Source of the DNA: Parachlamydiales bacterium
GTDB lineage: Bacteria; Chlamydiota; Chlamydiia; Chlamydiales; JAJFMK01
NCBI GenBank assembly: GCA_963765145.1
Contig: CAVXVG010000026.1
Coordinates: 192,001-256,000, forward strand
Reading direction: 5' to 3'
DNA: 64,000 bases
Positions within the stretch are counted from its first letter, which is position 1. Every line of letters starts with the position of its first letter. The notes beneath the pieces were generated by a model that was not told the DNA's origin, did not search any database, and saw only the letters and a list, made by a program, of their open reading frames with translations. A program made the translations under genes and the position numbers. Below are positions 58,293 to 64,000 of this stretch, piece after piece.

Positions 58293-60446
58293 TTAGCTGA
58301 TTTGTATACGCCCTAATGGCTGGATCTTGATTTCGGGGATGATTTCTTGGTAAGAAACCACCGAAATGTCTGTAAATTCCATTTCTATCAATTTTCTCAC
58401 GAAACGGCGAACGTCAATAGCGGTCAGAATAACAGGAGGTTGTCCTCCGGGTGGAGGAGGGGTAACCGTACCACGCACTGCTTGCAGGATAAGCTGCACA
58501 GAGTCAGGGTCTAAGGCTAAGTAAGAACCTGCAGAGGTCTGTTTGATAGCGCCCCGAACCATATCCTCGATTTCCGGATCTAAAATATAAACAGATAGGA
58601 CCGATTGTCCTTGAGAATATTTATAACTGACATAACGCTTTAAAGAAGAACGGACATATTCGGTTAATAAAACGGTGTCTTTTTCTGTTTGAGCCCATTC
58701 AGCCAAAGACTCTAAGATTGTCCTTAAATCTTTTACAGAGACCTGCTCTTGTATGAGACGTTTAAAGATATCTGTCATTTTTTGAAGGGGAATCAGGCGA
58801 GTGACCTCTTTGATCAAATCTGGATACGATTTTTCCATGAATTCGACCATAGACTTAACTTCTTGGATGCCAACGAATTCATTGGCATAGTGCCGGAAGA
58901 AGTAAGAAAGGTGAAGAATCATCACTTCCAAAGGGTTCCAAAAACGGATTCCTGCCTTCTTCATCAATTCTTGGTACTTATCTTCTACCCATAAAGAGGG
59001 GAGGCCAAGGGCGTTTTTATAGCTTGTATAGGGGAGGTTATACCTTTTGAGATTGTCTTCTGATTCATTGGTTAATAGATGCCCTTTTAATACTTTTCCC
59101 CGAACAATGGGCACTTCATTTAAGTGAATCGAATATTCGTCGTCTTCTAATGAAGGGGAGTCGGTTCGGACGTGTACCCCTGGAAAGCGGACCCCTAAAT
59201 CAGAATAAAGGGCCTGTCTCATTTTCGGGATCATCTGATCGATGAAGCTAGATCCACGATTGGCCGCTTGTATCTCCTTTGTCAGCCAACCGCCCGTCTC
59301 AAGGATCACCGGGAGAGTGAGCGCATAACTGTCGACTCCGCCACCCGAAATAACCTTGTGTCCTTTAATCGGCGTATCTACCGTGGCAGATTCCATGGTA
59401 GCGCCACTGCCTGACGTAGAGAAGGTTTTTCGCTGTTGATTCGACCAAAGGGAATAGCCTAAAAGACCTAAAGCTGACGCTAAAATCATGAAAGGTGCGG
59501 GAGGGAACCCTGGAATGGCCGCCATGATCAATAGAATGCCGGATGAAACCATCAACGCTTTAGGTTGATTCAAGATCTGACCCGAAATCTCACGACCCAG
59601 GTTCATATCTGCTTTCTCTGAAGAAACCCGTGTAGTCACAATACCGGCTGTAATCGAAATCAAAAGAGCTGGGATTTGAGAAACAAGACCGTCACCGATA
59701 GATAAGAGGGAATAGACTTGTGCCGCCTGCATAGCCGACATGCCGTTCATTGAAACCCCAATGATCAAGCCCCCGATAACGTTAATTAAAGTGATGACAA
59801 TCCCTGCGATCGCATCCCCTTTAACGAACTTCATCGCACCGTCCATGGCACCGTAAAGTTGGCTCTCCTTTTGGATCAAAAGACGTCGTTCACGCGCCTG
59901 GTTGGCATCCATGATACCGGCTCTCATGTCGGCATCGATACTCATCTGCTTACCTGGCATCGCGTCAAGGGTAAAACGGGCGGCCACCTCAGCGACACGC
60001 TCGGCACCCTTTGTGATCACGATGAACTGAACCAAAGTGATGATTAAGAAAATCACACCCCCGACAACAAAGTTCCCCCCAACGACGAAGTTACCGAAAG
60101 AAAAAATGATCTCTCCGGCATTTGCGTGCAGAAGAATCTGGCGAGTTGAGGCGATGTTTAGCCCCAAACGGTAAAGAGTTGTAATGAGCAGCAGCGACGG
60201 AAAGATAGAGAGCTGCAGGGCACTGTTGATGTAAACGGCCACCATCAGAAGGGCCATTGAAATGGTTAAGTTGATGGCGATCAAAAAGTCGATCACATGA
60301 GGGTTTAGAGGAACAATGATCATTGCAAGAATGGCAATGATGATCAGAATCAAAACGATATCTGAACTTTTTCCAATTCTTTCGTACGATGCATCGCCGC
60401 CCAGCCGCGCAGTGATTCCGTTTAGGACGTCTTTTAGTAAACTCAT
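58293..60446 (-). CDS. sctV: T3SS export apparatus protein SctV/CdsV (LcrD family)
   Basis: FPSLLLITTLYRL.LN, GAERVAEVAARFTLDAMPGKQMSIDAD, LYGAMDGAMKFVKGDAIAG. Confidence 0.97.
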   Translation of the reverse strand: MSLLKDVLNGITARLGGDASYERIGKSSDIVLILIIIAILAMIIVPLNPHVIDFLIAINLTISMALLMVAVYINSALQLSIFPSLLLITTLYRLGLNIASTRQILLHANAGEIIFSFGNFVVGGNFVVGGVIFLIITLVQFIVITKGAERVAEVAARFTLDAMPGKQMSIDADMRAGIMDANQARERRLLIQKESQLYGAMDGAMKFVKGDAIAGIVITLINVIGGLIIGVSMNGMSAMQAAQVYSLLSIGDGLVSQIPALLISITAGIVTTRVSSEKADMNLGREISGQILNQPKALMVSSGILLIMAAIPGFPPAPFMILASALGLLGYSLWSNQQRKTFSTSGSGATMESATVDTPIKGHKVISGGGVDSYALTLPVILETGGWLTKEIQAANRGSSFIDQMIPKMRQALYSDLGVRFPGVHVRTDSPSLEDDEYSIHLNEVPIVRGKVLKGHLLTNESEDNLKRYNLPYTSYKNALGLPSLWVEDKYQELMKKAGIRFWNPLEVMILHLSYFFRHYANEFVGIQEVKSMVEFMEKSYPDLIKEVTRLIPLQKMTDIFKRLIQEQVSVKDLRTILESLAEWAQTEKDTVLLTEYVRSSLKRYVSYKYSQGQSVLSVYILDPEIEDMVRGAIKQTSAGSYLALDPDSVQLILQAVRGTVTPPPPGGQPPVILTAIDVRRFVRKLIEMEFTDISVVSYQEIIPEIKIQPLGRIQIS

Positions 60447-60456
60447 TCTAATACCA

Positions 60457-60607
60457 TTCGTAACAAATAACCTATTATTTGAGCTGCGTCAAGGCTCTTG
60501 GGATTCAAAGATCTTAGTCTGGGGAGTATTAGAAATACAACCCAAGGCAACGATCTCTGAATCGCGGCACCTTCACGCGCTCCAAATAACAGGTTATTTG
60601 TTACGAA
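60457..60607. repeat. ~150-bp imperfect palindromic element
   Basis: ttcgtaacaaataacctattattt ... aaataacaggttatttgttacgaa with inner complementary gattcaaagatc/gatctctgaatc. Confidence 0.85.
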
Positions 60608-60624
60608 AAAAATTTTAATGCGAA

Positions 60625-61698
60625 TTATTCTGCGGGCTCTGAAGCCGAGACATATTGCTCGTTAAGCGAACGGACCCATCGGATCACTTCGGCAATGGCT
60701 TCATAGGTATCTTCGGGGACATATTGATAAATTTCCCCTCTTTCCCACAGATCTCTTGCCAGGCCAACATTACGCATTACAGGAACATTATACTCTTCTG
60801 CTAGCCTTATCACTTGTTCGGCCATTTTGTCTTTCCCCATGTATAAAACATAAGGTGCGGCATCGACTTCTTGGTCGTAGGCAAGAACGATTGCCAAGTG
60901 AGTCGGGTTAGTTACAACGGCTTGCGCTTTTTTCACAGCACCTGCCGGACCTTCTTGATAAGCGATTTCCTGAGCAATCTGTTTACGCTTACTTTTGATT
61001 TGTGGGTCGCCTTCTGTGTTTTTATACTCTTGTTTAACCTCAAATTTTTCCATCTTCATCTGTTTTTGGAAGTCTTGGATTTGGTAGATGAAGTCCATGA
61101 CTGCCACAACAATGAACAAGAACCAAAGTTTGGCAACGGCTTCAATCAAAAAGTGGTTAAAAACAATGAGCGAGCTTGTGATGGGCATTTTGACCGTGGT
61201 GATCAAGACCGGCAAGCTTTTGTAGATGATGTCGTAGACGATGTAGGTCGCAATCCCAATTTTTGCCATTGACTTGATCAATTCGATCAAAGTTTTTAGT
61301 TTAAATTTTTGCTTCAAGTTTTCGACAGGGTTGAACTTTTTGAGGTCTAACTTAAAGACTTCGAAGGTAAAGACAGGTCCCGTGATGAGGAAGGTGACAA
61401 TGACACCTACAAAAGTGGTAAAAGCAGCTATGGGTATGGATGCCAGAAAAATGATGTAGATCGATTGTTTAAAGCCTATAGCAACAGTGGTGTCTAGCTC
61501 CCCGTTATTGATGGCGCCAAAGAGCCCCTGCAGAAAGTCTCCCATCTGGTGATACAGAACGTTGACCAAAACAATGGTTGCACCAAAGGAGGCTAAAAAA
61601 GTCCAGGCAGACGGAAGGTCTTGAGCCTTAGCAACTTGCCCTTTTTTTCGGGCATCCTGAAGCTTTTTTGGCGTCGCCTTTTCTGTTTTCTCGCCCAT
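60625..61698 (-). CDS. sctU: T3SS export switch protein SctU/CdsU
   Basis: MGEKTEKATPKKL.DARKKGQV, EGDPQIK, NPTH autocleavage motif. Confidence 0.97.
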   Translation of the reverse strand: MGEKTEKATPKKLQDARKKGQVAKAQDLPSAWTFLASFGATIVLVNVLYHQMGDFLQGLFGAINNGELDTTVAIGFKQSIYIIFLASIPIAAFTTFVGVIVTFLITGPVFTFEVFKLDLKKFNPVENLKQKFKLKTLIELIKSMAKIGIATYIVYDIIYKSLPVLITTVKMPITSSLIVFNHFLIEAVAKLWFLFIVVAVMDFIYQIQDFQKQMKMEKFEVKQEYKNTEGDPQIKSKRKQIAQEIAYQEGPAGAVKKAQAVVTNPTHLAIVLAYDQEVDAAPYVLYMGKDKMAEQVIRLAEEYNVPVMRNVGLARDLWERGEIYQYVPEDTYEAIAEVIRWVRSLNEQYVSASEPAE

Positions 61699-61793
61699 AT
61701 CTCTCTCCTACTACCCCATTATCATGATAGCAACCTAAACAAGAAATAATAAAAACAAACCATTAAAGATTTATGAACAGATTATACAATTTT

Positions 61794-61980
61794 ACCACAG
61801 AGGCACAGAGAGCACAGAGAAATATGAGAAAAGTGAGGAAGCTCGAGCTGCAGACTTTTTCTCTCTATTTCCACGTCTTTAAGATGGAAAATTCAACAAA
61901 ATTTCTTTAGAGCATTCATTGCCAGCCTAAATATTCTCATTTTTCTCATATTTTCTCTGTGTTCTCTGTGCCTCTGTGGT
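61794..61980. repeat. Inverted tandem-repeat element (CACAGAG family), second copy
   Basis: accacagaggcacagagagcacagagaaatatgagaaaa ... ttttctcatattttctctgtgttctctgtgcctctgtggt. Confidence 0.9.
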
Positions 61981-62013
61981 GAATTATGGTCAATTAAGTT
62001 ACACTTTCGGCCT

Positions 62014-63108
62014 ATGTCTGGACTATCTTGTGGAATTGTCGGTTTACCAAATGTGGGAAAATCGACCCTTTTTAATGCTTTAACATCAGGCGCTGCAGAA
62101 GCGGCCAACTTTCCCTTCTGTACCATAGAGCCTAATAAAGGGACCGTGCAGGTTCCGGATGCGCGCTTAGCCATCTTGAGTGGCTTGTCTGGAAGCGCAG
62201 CTTTAGTGCCTGCCTATTTAGAATTTGTCGATATCGCCGGTCTTGTAGAGGGTGCCTCTCAAGGAGAGGGGTTGGGCAACCAGTTTTTGACCCACATTGC
62301 CAATACTGACGCGATTATCCACATGGTCCGCTGCTTTGAAGATGAAAATGTTGTACACGTGACCGGGACTGTCGACCCGATTAGAGACATTGAGATCATC
62401 AAAACTGAGTTGATCCTATCAGATTTGCAAACCGTCGAAAACAGCATCGGACGAGTAGAAAAACAGGTTAAAACGCGTAAAGAGTTGGTGCCGGTGCTTG
62501 AATTGCTCCAGACCATCAAAACTACGCTAGAAAATAACCTGCCGGTTAGCAGCCTCCACTTTAAGCCGGAACAAGAAGAACTTCTTCGCCCCTATCCTTT
62601 GCTAACAAAGAAAAAGGTGCTGTATGTGGCCAATGTCAGTGAAAATGACTTGCCTCATATGACAAACGCTTTAGTTGAAAAGGTTAAAGAATATGCGGCT
62701 AAAGAGGGAAATAGCGTCATCCCGATCTGCGCCAAAATCGAAGAGGAAATTGCCCAGCTTCCTAAAGAAGAGAGGGGAGAGTTTTTATCATCCCTTGGAC
62801 TTGAAGAATCGGGGCTTGATCGGCTTGTCAAAGCTGCGTTTGCGATGCTGGGTTTAATTACCTTCTTGACCACAGGACAGATGGAAACTCGGGCTTGGAC
62901 CATCAAGACGGGGACCACAGCACTATTTGCAGCGGGCAAGATCCACACCGATATCCAAAAAGGCTTTGTCAGGGCCGAAGTGATCGCCTACGACGATTTT
63001 GTCGGTCTTGGCGGGCGAAATGGGGCCAAAGAAAAAGGCAAACTCCGCTCCGAAGGAAAAGAGTATGTCGTTAAGGACGGGGATGTGATCCTCTTTTTGC
63101 ACCACTGA
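62014..63108 (+). CDS. ychF: Redox-regulated ATPase YchF
   Basis: GIVGLPNVGKSTLFNALT, ANFPFCTIEPN, DIAGLV, AGKIHTD, EGKEYVVKDGD. Confidence 0.97.
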   Translation: MSGLSCGIVGLPNVGKSTLFNALTSGAAEAANFPFCTIEPNKGTVQVPDARLAILSGLSGSAALVPAYLEFVDIAGLVEGASQGEGLGNQFLTHIANTDAIIHMVRCFEDENVVHVTGTVDPIRDIEIIKTELILSDLQTVENSIGRVEKQVKTRKELVPVLELLQTIKTTLENNLPVSSLHFKPEQEELLRPYPLLTKKKVLYVANVSENDLPHMTNALVEKVKEYAAKEGNSVIPICAKIEEEIAQLPKEERGEFLSSLGLEESGLDRLVKAAFAMLGLITFLTTGQMETRAWTIKTGTTALFAAGKIHTDIQKGFVRAEVIAYDDFVGLGGRNGAKEKGKLRSEGKEYVVKDGDVILFLHH

Positions 63109-64000
63109 TGGAACTTTTTATCACTACACAGGCCCACCTTGAAGAGGTCCTTGTCCAAGAATTAACTGCCTTAGGCTTCCCAAATGCTGAAATAGGCTTT
63201 AGGGGAGTTTATGTTGAAGTTAAGGACATCAAAGATATCTACAGGCTTAATTTGTCTCTTTCGACAGCTTCAAGAGTGCTTCTTCCGATTAGAAGATCTT
63301 CAGTAAGGGACGATAGAGACCTATATGAAATGGCTGCAGACATAGATTGGACCAAGTTTTTAACGCCAGAAGGCACCTTTTGGATCCATTCTAACGTGAA
63401 CCATCCCCAGTTACGCCATTCAGTTTATGCAGCACAAGTGGTGAAAGATGCGATTTGCGACCAATTCCGCGAAGAGTTTGGCACGCGCCCTAATGTGAAT
63501 AGAGAGACACCAGACCTGTCGCTGAACCTTTTTATTGATGAAAGAGTCGCTATTTTGAGCTTAGACACATCAGGCGAACCGCTTCATATGAGGGGATACC
63601 GTCAAGATGGGGGCGAATCGCCTGTCAGCGAAACTTTGGCAGCAGCAAGTTTAAGAATGGCAGGATACACCGGAAACGCAGATCCTTCTCGATCCAATGG
63701 CTGGTTCCGGTACATTTCTTGTCGAGGCAGCACTTATCGCCACAAAAACTCCTCCCGGCTGGTTAAGACGCCGCTTTGGCTTTTTTGCCCATCCTGACTA
63801 CAAAGAACTCGAATGGCTAGAGCTAAAAGCCAAAGTTTTAAAAGAAATCGTTCCTCTTGAGCCAAACAAGATTTTTGGCATCGAAAAAAGCGCTGCGCAA
63901 ACGAAACTATGCAAAGAAAACTTAAAAGTTGCAGGTTTTGGTGACGTAATCGAAGTAACGCAAGCCGACTTTCGCGATGTCGAGCCCGAAATCAAGCCCA
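63108..64000 (+). CDS. THUMP-domain RNA methyltransferase (RlmL-like), frameshift near 63675, truncated by window end
   Basis: ASRVL, VKDAICD.FR, DTSGEPLHMRGYR, ETLAAA; continues in another frame as ILLDPMAGSGTFLVEAA. Confidence 0.88.

Noticed and set aside
61893..62174. ORFs spanning repeat elements (e.g. 61893..62174, 48668..49033, 60316..60618)
   Set aside because: They overlap real genes on the opposite strand, and their repetitive peptides (HREHRE, MNRMNR) derive from repeat arms.

Overview
Genome fragment from an environmental member of the phylum Chlamydiota. The assignment rests on chlamydial synteny (ychF-sctU-sctV-copN-scc1-malQ and phnP-hflX-mtaB), an Npt/Tlc-type nucleotide transporter and a MOMP-like porin. 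The left half is largely accessory: two paralogous signal-peptide-bearing Rhs toxins with unrelated C-termini (one with an alpha/beta-hydrolase tip and a lipoprotein immunity candidate), a trypsin-like protease with an unexplained C-terminal domain, a nuclease-SF2 helicase with 13 tandem helicase-associated (HA) repeats, an ankyrin protein and an autotransporter. Two orphan gene-fragment duplications lie within this region. Intergenic spaces hold several families of inverted-repeat elements. One family appears both loaded (flanking a four-helix-bundle gene) and empty. Five genes in the right half carry indels that are probably assembly errors. No rRNA, tRNA, CRISPR array, integrase or transposase was recognised. 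All family assignments come from motif recognition by eye, not from database searches.
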